From NCBI RefSeq assembly GCF_030144855.1, contig NW_026780455.1, forward strand, positions 496,001 through 560,000: DNA of 64,000 bases, written 5' to 3'. Of this stretch, positions 1-10,599 are shown piece after piece. The notes below the pieces were generated by a model. The model saw nothing but the letters and a program-made list of their open reading frames with translations, was not told where the DNA came from and ran no database searches. Each line of letters begins with the position of its first letter. The first letter of the stretch is position 1. Source of the DNA: Hypanus sabinus. Its lineage: Eukaryota. A program made the position numbers and the translations under genes.

Positions 1-94
1 GTGTGCTTAAAGATGCGGCTGCCATTTTGTGAGACTGTTCTTCCAGCACATCATTTTGTGAACACTTTGAAATTATTAATGCTCTGCAATGTGA

Positions 95-290
95 TTATGC
101 GGGCTTCGACAGATTTGGGTGTACGCGCGGATTTCGATTTTTGTATTTGGGTGTGAGCGCGGAGATTGGAGATGAGCGCGGATTTCGGGTGTATCAGCGG
201 ATTTGTGTGTGAATGCGGATTTCAGATTGCCTGCACACGGATACGGGACTGTCGGCGGATGTGGAGATGTGCCGATTTTGGTGTGCGTGT
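95..290. repeat. Degenerate minisatellite / low-complexity tract built on GCGGATTT(C) units
   Basis: gcggattt(c) and variants recur about 6 times, separated by GT-rich spacers. Confidence 0.6.
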
Positions 291-633
291 GCACTTAAGG
301 ATGGACGAGGGTTTGACAGTGCGGGGGATGAAGGTGACTTCGAAATGCTCGTAAGTATAATCGAGCGCGAGGACGTAGGGTGTACAGATTTCAGGGTGCA
401 CGCCGATATGGAGTATTTTGTCGATATAGGATCCGCGCTGAAATTCATTTGCAACGAGCTCAATCCGAAGTTGAACTTCGATTTCCTCCTGACGTGTCCA
501 CTTGGGAATCTAAGGCTCCCTGGCATTCTCATTCGATACTCTGGTTCTCTTGCATAGATGAATGCCGGATGGCGTTGAACTTGGTTATGAAGATTCAGTA
601 TCTCTAAGCGAACTTAAGCATGTTCCGAGAGTG

Positions 634-647
634 CTGCAGGGGGCGCT
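634..647 (+). promoter_or_regulatory. Candidate CTCF site
   Basis: ctgcagggggcgct matches the CTCF core (CAGGGGGCGC); motif match only. Confidence 0.35.
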
Positions 648-3600
648 GTTGAGCCAGGAAGCACCAGCTACACCGATCGCTCCCTCTGGATCGCACCTGC
701 AGTTAGGCGGGGCTGTCAGCTGCAGATCAGGTCGTGAATCGCTTTCTATAATCGGATTTGTGGCTTGCATTCATAAGGTTTCCTGAGAAACTGACTTTTC
801 AGGATAGTTTGCAAACTAATCACCACTTTTTGAAGTGAAGGACGTGATATCTACCCTTCATTCACACCATCCTTCCTCTTGCATATCGCTCAGTGATTCT
901 GCATCGTCCTCGAACACAAACACTGAGCCAGGCAGAGAGAGCGAAAGAAAAACAAAATAGTGATAGATGGATGCCTAGATGATGGTGCAGACAACCCTCA
1001 CAATCTCAGCTGGTTAGCGGGTCGGTAGTGTGAATTCACTAGACGTACGTAGTAAAGGGAACCATCGGGGTTTCCCCTTTTCTTCACCTGTAGGTCAATA
1101 GTTGATGTGGTTTCCGGAAATGCAGGAGAGACGAATAAAGGTGTATCCCAGATTGGGGCCTGCTATGCAGCAGAAACTCAACAGGTAGCAGGAGAATTTC
1201 CGTCCGATGTTTATCAATGTGAAACAACGCAGAAGACTGTTCAACGTTCAAACCTCAGGGTAAATTTATTGCCAAAGAAAGTTTAAACTACTCAAACATT
1301 TAAACATTTAAGTTTAAATGTAAACTACTCAGAGATTGATTACCAGTTGAAAGAATAAAACGTGATAAAATGAAAACCAATATATACATAACGGAGTACA
1401 AACAATGTGCAGAAGAGTACAAATTAAATATGTAACGACTGAGTAATATTGAGAGCATGGAACATTGAAAGTGAATCCATAACTTTGAAACTGTTCCGGT
1501 TTGAGATGAAGGAAGTTATCCACACTGATACAGGAGCCCGAACCAGCGTGGATAACGTCACTTGCATTAACACTGCGCAGAACAAGATGACGGCTGCAAT
1601 CGGCCTTTATATGAAGCTCTGGAGAAGGGGCGAGTACTCTCCGGCATGGATGGGATACCGTGCTCGGGCTGGGTGTCGCCGCACCAATGCTACCGCAGTG
1701 AGGCTCGCTCTATCATTACTAGCCACATTATATAACTCCAGCAGTAACACTCCCCTCCCACCACAGTGTGTCAACCGATCACCACCACTCCAAACAAACC
1801 TCACTCCATCAACATTACCCGACAGTGCGTCACCCCTCAAGTAGTATTCTACTTCCCGCGGATACTGTTGACAATAGATGGAAACTTTCTACACTTTGAT
1901 ATCTGCCTGTCAACTCGCCATCATCAATACACATCTCGGGCCTCGTTCTCGTACACGCCCGGAAGTGTCGTAATCGTCAGACAGCCCCAATCTTCGTCAG
2001 ATCAAACACCTGATGCTGACCTTCTCTCGATTCCACGTCGTGGAAGTGTCCTCGTCCTGCAGAAGATGGTGCGAGAGAAACCTTGTCTCCCGCTGATTCT
2101 GGCGGTCATCCCGCGTAAGTTAAATCACAGTTGTAGGGGAGGCATGTGTGAAATATTCTTTATAAAAGGACATAGTGCCGCATCGGACGTAGTTAGGCTT
2201 GGTTCATTTACTCGACATGAGATCAAAGATCTAACGCTTTGCTTTCAGCGGGTGAACTCATGACAATGTGTCTATTCACTGATAAATGGCTGTCGCGCAT
2301 CTCGGAGTGTCCCACTATGGGATGGGACACTGAATTAACGAATTTCCTTGAGTTTCGTTTCAAAGGCTGGAAGCCGATCTCGAGGATTCCTCGGAGATTA
2401 TGTGCCAAAAGTAAATGCGGGGCAAGAGCGAGTATGCTGTATGGTGTGAGTTGGGTTGTTGTGAACTTTGTTTGGAACTCTTACCTGAGAATGGATTAGC
2501 TGAAATTGTACAGAGTCATGGGAGGTGCACGAAATGATCCAGCCGTTTCAGAAAGAGCCCCTTCATCGGGAGATGTCTGATGTCAGTCAGCGAGTGGATG
2601 CCGGGTAAACGGCACCACATATCTCATAATATCGCGTGCAGGCGAGTTCGAACTTTCATGCTCTTAGTTCCTTGGGGAATAAAGTCACTGAACCAAACCC
2701 GCGGCCAAATCTTCATATTCGGCCCTTGAAAAGAAAGAGTTAAATCAGATTCATGCTTGTATATATGCCAAACAGAGTAACAGGGAAGAGAAGTTCGGAA
2801 TAAAAAAAAATGATTTCAGACTGGAAGCTAATAAGAGCATGAACGTGTGCAGGGACACACATCCTTGAGTTTAGATTGTGGAGAAGAAAGTGGTATTGCT
2901 TACAGATCTGCTCTCTCTACCTCTCTGCCATTGAGCGAGATTGGAGGCACCGGATGCTACCACTAGGGGCCGGAAATGTACTGAACTAAAATCTATATCA
3001 GATGTTTCGAAAGGAATGAATGGGACAAATTATTTTTGTAAAGGTGAATTTTCGGTTCGGCTACGATGCAGCAAGGGCTAGGAGACAGAGATGGAGTCTC
3101 GGGCGGAGAGAAAAAGAGAGACATCGAATGTCCAAGGCTACTCCATGCAGAACACATGGTTGTCCAGGGGGCGTGTGGCCCTCATTACGCGAGTCCCTTG
3201 ATTTCAACGAAAGGGAGGTGAATTGTGATCAACCTGATACAGAGGATGTGTAAATTTCCAAAATTTTAAACATTTGGGAGCTTACATAAATCCACAAAGT
3301 GAGATGCGGGCGGTGCTTAGATGAAGAAAGCGAGAGGGTAGGACGGAGAGAGGGAGAGTGTTGTCTGCTCAACTGGGCACAGCGGATGCAGCTCAACTCC
3401 CGAATCGTGTTGGATCATAGAATCCTCCTTCTTTCACAGGTTTGTATAGATTTCCGGAATTACAAGGTCTTGGGAGCATTAAGAAATCGCACACGGTGAA
3501 ATAAAGGGGAAGAGGAAAGAAGGGAGTGCGAGGGACGGGGACAGCCACAGATGGAGTGTATTGTGTGGCCAAACTGGTAGACCGGGAGCAGGAGGTCTCG

Positions 3601-3654
3601 AATCGGGTTTGAGTATTGAAGGGGCGTGCCCAGTGGCTACGTCTTCAAATCCAC

Positions 3655-3664
3655 ATACGTCACT
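3655..3664 (-). promoter_or_regulatory. CRE-like decamer of a TCR V-beta type promoter
   Basis: atacgtcact (reverse complement agtgacgtat) ~85 bp upstream of the leader ATG; resembles the AGTGAYRTCA V-beta decamer. Confidence 0.45.
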
Positions 3665-3745
3665 GGTATATGAGACAAAGTGAATGAATTCGTCTCTGCC
3701 GCACGCACCACGTTCATCACTGAGAGAGTCAACCCTCCAAGGAAG

Positions 3746-3782
3746 ATGTTTCTCTTTCTGCAATTCATCCTCACCTTCGACT
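3746..3782 (+). CDS. TRBV: Probable leader (L-part1) exon of the TCR V segment, MFLFLQFILTFD; donor site non-canonical (ctgagt)
   Basis: Short hydrophobic ATG-initiated peptide ~300 bp upstream of the V exon; ends in phase 1, as the V acceptor requires; followed by CTGAGT rather than GTGAGT. Confidence 0.5.
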
Positions 3783-4084
3783 CTGAGTGGAATTTCACAA
3801 ATATTATTTTTTTCTCTCCTTGCTTCTGTTTTCCTTTCATGTTCCTTCTACTTACTTTCCCCTCCCGTCGATTCGGATTCATTTCTTATATTCTTACGAG
3901 CCAACGCGTCCGCAGACTATCTGCCCTCTGGCGCCTCCATTAAATTCCTAACTCCCGTCGAAGTGTCCCCTTCTTCAATCATCTTTTTTGCTTCCTTGAA
4001 TGCACCCTGTTTATCCCCAATCTCCATTGATCCGCGTCTCTGCTTCCCTTCTCCCCGTTCAGCCAATCCCGTCTCTTTTTCCAG

Positions 4085-4383
4085 ACGCGACCTCGGTGAC
4101 GATCCACCAGTCTCTGGCTTTCTCCGGAACTCCCGGCCGGAATGTGACCCTGCGCTGCACAGTACAGGGTCGTATCAGTGCAAACAACTGGTTGTACTGG
4201 TACCGACAATTCCCGGGAAAGGTTCCGGAGTACATGTTTTACTCGAGCCCAGCTAATTCCGTGTACCAAAATGAATTGGTGGACGGTTTTACGGCGGAGA
4301 GACCGCACAGCAAACTGTTCTCTCTGAAGTCCGATAAACTGGAAGCGAAATCGTCGGCCGTGTATTTCTGCGCCTGGAATGAT
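4085..4383 (+). CDS. TRBV: T-cell receptor variable exon, most similar to the TCR beta TRBV30/Trbv31 lineage
   Basis: Acceptor tctctttttccag|ac; open frame ATSVTIHQ..TLRC(23)..LYW(41)YRQ..FYS..FTAERP..FSLKSDKL..SAVYFC(104)AWN; immediately followed by an RSS. Confidence 0.85.
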
Positions 4384-4422
4384 CACGGCAGCTCAGAGTG
4401 ACGGGGCAGCTGTACAAAAACT
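4384..4422 (+). other. Recombination signal sequence with 23-bp spacer
   Basis: Heptamer cacggca (4384-4390), exactly 23 nt spacer (4391-4413), nonamer acaaaaact (4414-4422). Confidence 0.9.
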
Positions 4423-4959
4423 CTCACAGTCAAAAAAGTTACTGCTGTCAGCTGAACAGAAAATGAGACGTCTGTCAATCAGCGGTTGGGAGGCGGGTCT
4501 ATCAGTGAGGCGCTTCGCCCCAGCAATCAGTCGGTGAGAGAAGGGGTGGAACTGTTGCTTTTAATGTTCTCCCTTATTAAGGTTTCTTATCAGTGAAGAT
4601 AATCAGTGCACTGATCTCTCCACTCTATCATTCCTTTTTGATGTGCAGTCTCCCCGCATATCTCCAGCGCCAGAAGCTCGTATCCGTTGAGTGCGACTGG
4701 CCATCGCTCATCATATGCAGTCCGGAGGATCAAATCTACAGCTCTTTATCCCTTTTGTTCATTCGTCGAAGCACAGCACAAGCTGGGACGTTGGAGAGAG
4801 TTGAGGACAAGAGGGACCCCGGTGTATAAGTGTAGGACGTAAACGTTGTGAATGGTGGGGAGTGTCGAGGGACAGTGGGACCACGTTATGTAAGGGTTTG
4901 ACTAACAAACTGTCCATGGTGGGGAGAGCCCAGCGACAAACCGTGCACAGTGGGTAGAA

Positions 4960-5255
4960 CACACTCTTTAAAGAAGCACTGGCTAGAAGGTCTAGAGAAG
5001 ATCAGGTGAGGGGGAAAGATGGGTGGGTGGGGTTGTGAGGGCTTCTGTATGAGATGTTGGGAGGAGACAGTGGGAATAGATAAAGAGAGGAAGTAGAAGT
5101 CGCCTGACACTGGGGAGCGGTAGATGCTGGCAAAAAGGGGCAGGAGGGGCTGAACCAGAAGGACATGGACAGATGTGCAGGTAAGAGGTAGGAGGGTATC
5201 CATAATAGGAAATGGAATGAATAAGGGGTGGGGGACAATTTAGCAAAACAGTGAG
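4960..5255 (-). mobile_element. Penelope-like element fragment (purine-rich strand)
   Basis: GA-rich tract similar to the tracts at 17625-17870, 54100-54460 and 62380-62720, which adjoin recognisable Penelope GIY-YIG tails. Confidence 0.45.
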
Positions 5256-5268
5256 AAATGTGCCGCTT

Positions 5269-5720
5269 CTGTCAGCGAATCAGGAAAGGGGACGTCTGTA
5301 AATCGGAGGCTGGGAGGAGGGCATATTCATCAAGCGTTGCGCCCTCGCGGCGAATCAGTGAAATAACTGGCGGAGCTATTTCACCCTGGCTTTTAGATTC
5401 CTGTCCTACTTAATGGTGAAGGTGTCTCCGCACCAATCATCCCACTCAATATTTCCATTTGTACGCTGATCCCACACATCGTTGATCCGGGAGGATTGTA
5501 ACTTTTCAGGGCGCCACTGATATTCAGTCTCCAAGATCAATTCTCCCGCACGTTATCTCCTTTGTCCATCAGTGGAAACTCAGAATGAATGGACTCTGGG
5601 ACGGTTCGCGAACAGAGGGACCTCGGTGTATAAGGGTGGCATATACGCACGGTGAATGGTATTCAGGGACAGAGGTACGACGGTGTACAGGAGTAGGACA
5701 AACGCCGTGAATGTTGCTGA
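5269..5720 (+). repeat. Diverged duplicate of the V-segment 3' flank (4445-4900)
   Basis: ctgtcagc..gacgtctgt(c/a)aatc..tgggagg and agagggacc(c/t)cggtgtataag occur in both regions at an ~805-825 bp offset. Confidence 0.7.
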
Positions 5721-5904
5721 CTGTGGAAGGACAGAGGAACTTCGGAGAACAAGGGTGGGAGACAGCCGGATAATGGTAAATGATCGGGGGAGAGAGGAAA
5801 ACACCGGGAGGACACACACCGTGGATGCTTCTTCCCTGGTCCATCCACTCTTGGTCTGCACTTCTGGTGCTGAGGTCTTCAGTCACTCCCGATACTCAGG
5901 GATT

Positions 5905-6330
5905 AGAAATACATCCAGACTACCAGCCTTACCAAAGTGTGGACGTGGGACTGCACTCTGGATCTTAGTGTAACAGTGGTCCAGAGTGTGATTTCCTCTG
6001 GTAATACAGGCGATCTGGTAGTAATATTTATTAGTGACATTATCAGGCCGGTCCTGTAAAAATCTCCCGACATGCCGGGGAAGGCTTTGGGACCGGCTAT
6101 TTCATATCCCTTGATTGAATCGCACATTTCATCCAGGGCCGTTTCGCATTACCCTGCGGTGGAATATACACCGCTTCCGAAAAAGCTCGCCTGGGATCTC
6201 CTGCGGCAGCTAAAATGGCCGGCGCTAAATTGTGAGGTATTCCCGGTAAAGAATGAAAATGCCTTTGGAATATTCGAAACTGGAATGTACATATCCATGG
6301 GAAGCAGGTTTAAAGTAATTAGCAAATGAA
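5905..6330 (-). mobile_element. Degenerate LINE APE-endonuclease fragment (Rex1/Babar or L2 type)
   Basis: Minus-strand peptides ALDEMCDSIKGYE..GDF and TRGNHTLDHCYTKIQSAVPRPHFGK. Confidence 0.7.
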
Positions 6331-6469
6331 TCGTATAGAAGCGAGGGAGCGCGGACCCTAAGCCTGAACATTTTTTTTTAATTTGCCTTTCTCTACCTCA
6401 ATTCAAAATTTTATAAATTGATCGCTGCGAACAAGTTTTTCAGCGCATAACTCGCAGGGAATTCACTGG

Positions 6470-6900
6470 GGCCAAGTATTGTCATTCCGATTCCCATTCA
6501 CCTTCCAACGTGTCAGTCCATGCCGACCCCTCTGTCAAGAAGAGGCCATCATCAAGTTAGTGGAGCAACCTCGCATATTCTTTCTGGGTATTCTCCAACC
6601 TGATTGTGTGTATAAATGTTATCTTTCCTTCTTCTCGCCTGACTATTATTTCCCTCTTAGCCCTCTCCTCGTTCCACTTCCCCTATTCTCACTCTCTGCT
6701 ATCATATACTTCCCACTCCACCCCTTCACATTTCCTTTCCACCAGTCTTCACCTATCACCTTCCAGCTGGCCTTTTACCCATCCCACAACTTTTAATTTA
6801 GGCATCGTACTCAGCCCCACCCCCCACCAACCCGTCTACTTTTCACTCTCAGTTCTGATGAGATCCTTCCAGCTATCGACCAAAAAGTGCAGAACCGGCT
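6470..6900 (+). mobile_element. Penelope-like element 3' fragment (GIY-YIG C-terminus plus pyrimidine-rich tail)
   Basis: CQEEAIIKLVEQPRIFFLGILQPD resembles the Penelope KLEEQHLIFRLGTLQP motif. Confidence 0.7.
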
Positions 6901-7452
6901 TCTCGCCACGTGAGGGCAGCGGTACACTGTATATCGTTGCACATTGTCCGACTCGAACGGCACACAGCACGCGCAGTCGTTATACCGGTGCATATGTAAA
7001 AGTTTGCTCTATGGATGCATCTGTACAAATGCTAATATCTCGCACATACATCTCTGTCTTGTATAGTTATGTAAATAATGGGGAGAGCATCCACTGGGTG
7101 ACCTTCTGTACCTAATCAAATGGCCACTCACTGTATGTTCGTGTTCCTCTGCTATTGCAGCCCATCCGCTTCGAGGTTCAACGTATTGTGCATTTAGAGA
7201 TGCTCGTCTGCACACCACTGTTGTAACACGTGGTTTCTTGAATTACTGCCGCCTTCCACTCAGCTTGAAAGAGTCTGACCGTTCTCCTCTAACCTCGGCC
7301 AGACTCTGTGAAAAAGCCACAAAATTACCACAACAGTTTTTCGCGCCACGCTCTATAAACACGAGAGAACGTTGTGTGTGAATATCCCAGGATTTCAGTC
7401 GTTTCTGTGATAGACAAACTCTCCCGGTTTGGCAGCAATAAGCATTATACAG

Positions 7453-7983
7453 TCAAGGTATATTAAGATTACACTTCATCCCTCTTCTGACGTTTGGACG
7501 GACGAGCAACGGAACCTCTTGACCAATTCTGCATGCTCTTAAGCATTCTCTTGCTGTAACAAGATTGGCTGATGAGATATTTGCATCAACGAGCTGATGT
7601 AGATCTGTTTCATAAAGTGGCCACGCCATCTGGGTAACTTGAACGAAAACGTGGATAGATGGGTGTGTACGTTTGAAAACGACACAATGATTGACGGCGT
7701 CATGGATGTTAGAGCGGGTTGTCAACGGAGAAAGCGGGATATCTGTGTAGTCAGTGCGTAGCTGTAGCTGATAATGAGGCCACTGAGTGTATGTTGTGTT
7801 GTCTTTATTATCACATCTGCAGACCTTCTTTACTTCTTCTCCACAGTATTCCGTCTGGAGGAGCAATTGTACAAACCGAGGCAGCAGCATATTGAGCTGC
7901 TGCTGATCTTTCGCTTCTTTTCCTACCAGTAGACAAGCGACGTTCTGTGTTTGCCGTATAACCAGAACTTTTGCATCGACTCG
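7453..7983 (-). other. Unassigned stop-free reading frame (~176 codons) in CpG-rich sequence not recognised as repeat
   Basis: The ORF-track frame 7453-7890 extends upstream without a stop to 7983 (RVDAKVLVIRQTQNVACLLVGKEAKDQQQLNMLLPRF...); no family recognised. Confidence 0.25.
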
Positions 7984-8070
7984 CTACGAAATTCCCTGTG
8001 ACTTGCACGCGCTTTCACTCTGCGGGTCCAGAGTCAGTGAATCAGTTGGCACACACAAATGCATCACGGA

Positions 8071-8314
8071 NNNNNNNNNNNNNNNNNNNNNNNNNNNNNN
8101 NNNNNNNNNNNNNNNNNNNNNNNNNNNNNNNNNNNNNNNNNNNNNNNNNNNNNNNNNNNNNNNNNNNNNNNNNNNNNNNNNNNNNNNNNNNNNNNNNNNN
8201 NNNNNNNNNNNNNNNNNNNNNNNNNNNNNNNNNNNNNNNNNNNNNNNNNNNNNNNNNNNNNNNNNNNNNNNNNNNNNNNNNNNNNNNNNNNNNNNNNNNN
8301 NNNNNNNNNNNNNN
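8071..8314. other. Assembly gap (N run)
   Basis: Run of N. Confidence 1.
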
Positions 8315-8622
8315 TAAATACATGCATAGCAAATTCGCAATTCCTTCTGCGTTTTCGCCGTGTTCCATTTCGAGAAGCGATAGCTCCCACCCTGGGTCAG
8401 CAATATTGCTCGTTTCGCTTCTAACCAGAAAAGGAACTGAGTTTCTCATAGCCGATGTATCACCATAGATACTTCATCCGCACACCACGAAATCCCTGTG
8501 CCGTTCAGGCACTTTCTCCATGTGAGTCAGGGATGCAGAGAAACATACAGAAGCATCTGGAATAATTCAGGAACATCCGTAGATAAATAGATAAATAACA
8601 CAAAAATGCATTCATACATACA

Positions 8623-8768
8623 NNNNNNNNNNNNNNNNNNNNNNNNNNNNNNNNNNNNNNNNNNNNNNNNNNNNNNNNNNNNNNNNNNNNNNNNNNNNNN
8701 NNNNNNNNNNNNNNNNNNNNNNNNNNNNNNNNNNNNNNNNNNNNNNNNNNNNNNNNNNNNNNNNNNNN
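8623..8768. other. Assembly gap (N run)
   Basis: Run of N. Confidence 1.
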
Positions 8769-8774
8769 CGCGAA

Positions 8775-9340
8775 GTAATGATGAAAATTCTAATTAGGCC
8801 ATAAGTTCTGGTCGCCTCACTATAAGAAGGATGTGGAAGAATTGTAAAGGGTACAGAAGTGATTTACCTGGATGCTCGCTTGTTTATATAGTATGCATTG
8901 AGATCAGAGATTAAGGGAGCTAGAGCCTTACTCTTTGGAGAGAAGGACGATGAGAAGAGACATGTTAGAGGTATAGAAGATATTAAGAGGAATAGAGAGA
9001 GTGGACAGCCAGCCCCTCTTCCCCGCGGCATCACTGCTCAATACAAGAGGAATTGGATTTAGGGAAGGGGAGGAAAGTTCAAGGCGGATATTAGAGGAAG
9101 TTTTTTTTTTCTCAGAGAGTGGTTGGTGCGTGGAATGCACTGCCTGACTCTGTTGTGGTGGCAGATACACTAGTGAAATTTAAGAGACTACAAGACAGGT
9201 ATATGGTGGAGATATGTGGGATGCAGGGTTTAAGGATGGGGGGGGGTGGGATATGTGAAGCAGGTTTTAAGGGTCGGTACAACATTGTGGGCCGGAGGGC
9301 CTGATCTGTGCTGTACCATTCTATGTTCTATGTTCTGTGT
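8775..9340 (+). mobile_element. CR1 LINE 3' fragment
   Basis: ORF2 C-terminal remnants (HYKKDV.., VGAWNALPDSVV) and terminal (ttctatg)n repeat at ~9319-9338. Confidence 0.85.
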
Positions 9341-9344
9341 ACAC

Positions 9345-9778
9345 ATAATCGAAAATCAGCGGATAGACCTCAAAAGAGCTGTGCATGCAAGGCCGCCAAG
9401 ATTCTCAAAGAACTAGAAGCCTTTTAAAAGGAAGAAAAGGATGAGTGGGTGAAAATCTCCCAAACAGAATTCAAAGACAGTCAGCTGATAACATAAGGCG
9501 TTTACAATCAGGGCCAGCTGCCAAACAGGGGGTTACTAAGTACTGACCATGGAGGGGGCCCAAATCTTTGCTTCGGAACCTTTCCCTTTCCTGTTATGTT
9601 TAAACTCTAAAAGATGGAAATTAAAAAAAAAGTAATCTTGCTTAAAATGTTAAATATTTTAAATATTATGTCATCTTCAACTTTATGTCTTTTGGAAATC
9701 AGATCATCTTTATCTCGCTAAGTTATTCAAGGTAACAGAAATGTTGATCAGGTGTGCACATACCTTTGCATGCCACTG
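9345..9778 (+). mobile_element. Tc1/mariner 3' fragment with right TIR remnant
   Basis: Degenerate IEN..LKRAVHARPP..LKELE..EW.KI C-terminus; ends ..ctttgcatgccactg (CACTG terminus). Confidence 0.7.
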
Positions 9779-10069
9779 AATGCAACTACAATTTGTAAGA
9801 ACTATCTCTGCAATAATTATTTTTAATCTGTGTATATCATTATTGTTGTTTGTTTCATTTTTTTTTTATTTGTTGCGTGTACCTTCCTTTCCAGACCGGT
9901 TGTATGTCAGTGTCCAGCTGTGTTTCAATAGGTTTCTCAATTTTATGTGCATTTACAAACACGACACGCACCCGTGGACATCAGACTGCTGGGATAATTA
10001 GATACACTTCCAGTCTGCATTTGTATCACTTGGCTGACGGTCTGAAAACAAAGGGTTAATTGCAACTGC

Positions 10070-10150
10070 AGTTCCGTAGAACCTAATTAAGTGTGTCTCC
10101 GTGTGGATTGTTGACGTCATCGCGGCGTGTGGCTGCTGGTCTATTAATAT
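10070..10150 (+). promoter_or_regulatory. Promoter cassette of GPCR copy A: TAATTA, O/E-like site, CRE TGACGTCA, TATA-like ctattaatat
   Basis: TAATTA 10084-10089, TGACGTCA 10112-10119, ctattaatat 10141-10150; homologous block upstream of copies B, C and D. Confidence 0.55.
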
Positions 10151-10275
10151 GTACGGTATCCATCACATCGACAGTTTCAATGAGAGCCGCCAGTCTACGC
10201 TATCAGAAAACAACGGCTGCAGACAGAGAGAAGACAGAGGCTGGATCGGGAACAGGAATCTGGACTAACCCAGCA

Positions 10276-10456
10276 ATGGATTATAATCTGCGAAATGCAT
10301 CGCGCAACGCTACGGGAAATGCGAAGAATGTTTTCTGGGCGTTTCAATATCTTGTTGCATATTCCGAAGGGCAAACGTTGGACTATCGAATCACTATGGC
10401 GCTTGTGACATTCCAAGTGGTTTACTACCCTGTACTCGCCATTGTAGCTCTTCCTG
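10276..10456 (+). pseudogene. GPR139/142-like GPCR copy A, exon 1 (N-terminus and start of TM1)
   Basis: MDYNLRNASRNAT...VYYPVLAIVALP + G|gtaagt; 181 nt, phase 1; N-glycosylation sequons. Confidence 0.85.
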
Positions 10457-10599
10457 GTAAGTGTCTCGTCTCTTCCTCATGAATACATTGAAAAGTTTAA
10501 GTCAGCTTCTCGTTCATCCCTGTCCTCTAACGACTCGCTAATTGCAAGACAGGTCTTTCCAGCCGGTATCACTTAAGCTAACATCGGCTGAATGGATTT

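Noticed and set aside
1762-1800. RSS-like cacagtg + 23 nt + aaacaaacc
   Set aside because: Perfect heptamer and spacing, but the nonamer has 2 mismatches and no V, D or J coding sequence adjoins it on either strand; treated as chance or cryptic
2486-2500. 15-nt minus-strand micro-exon (tttcag|ctaatccattctcag|gtaag) resembling the short TCR C-beta exon 2
   Set aside because: No cysteine-containing connecting peptide, and no C-domain or TM exon found nearby
4425-4431. Second heptamer-like cacagtc right after the nonamer
   Set aside because: No nonamer at 12 or 23 spacing
7971-8797. ORF-track entries spanning N runs
   Set aside because: Artefacts of assembly gaps
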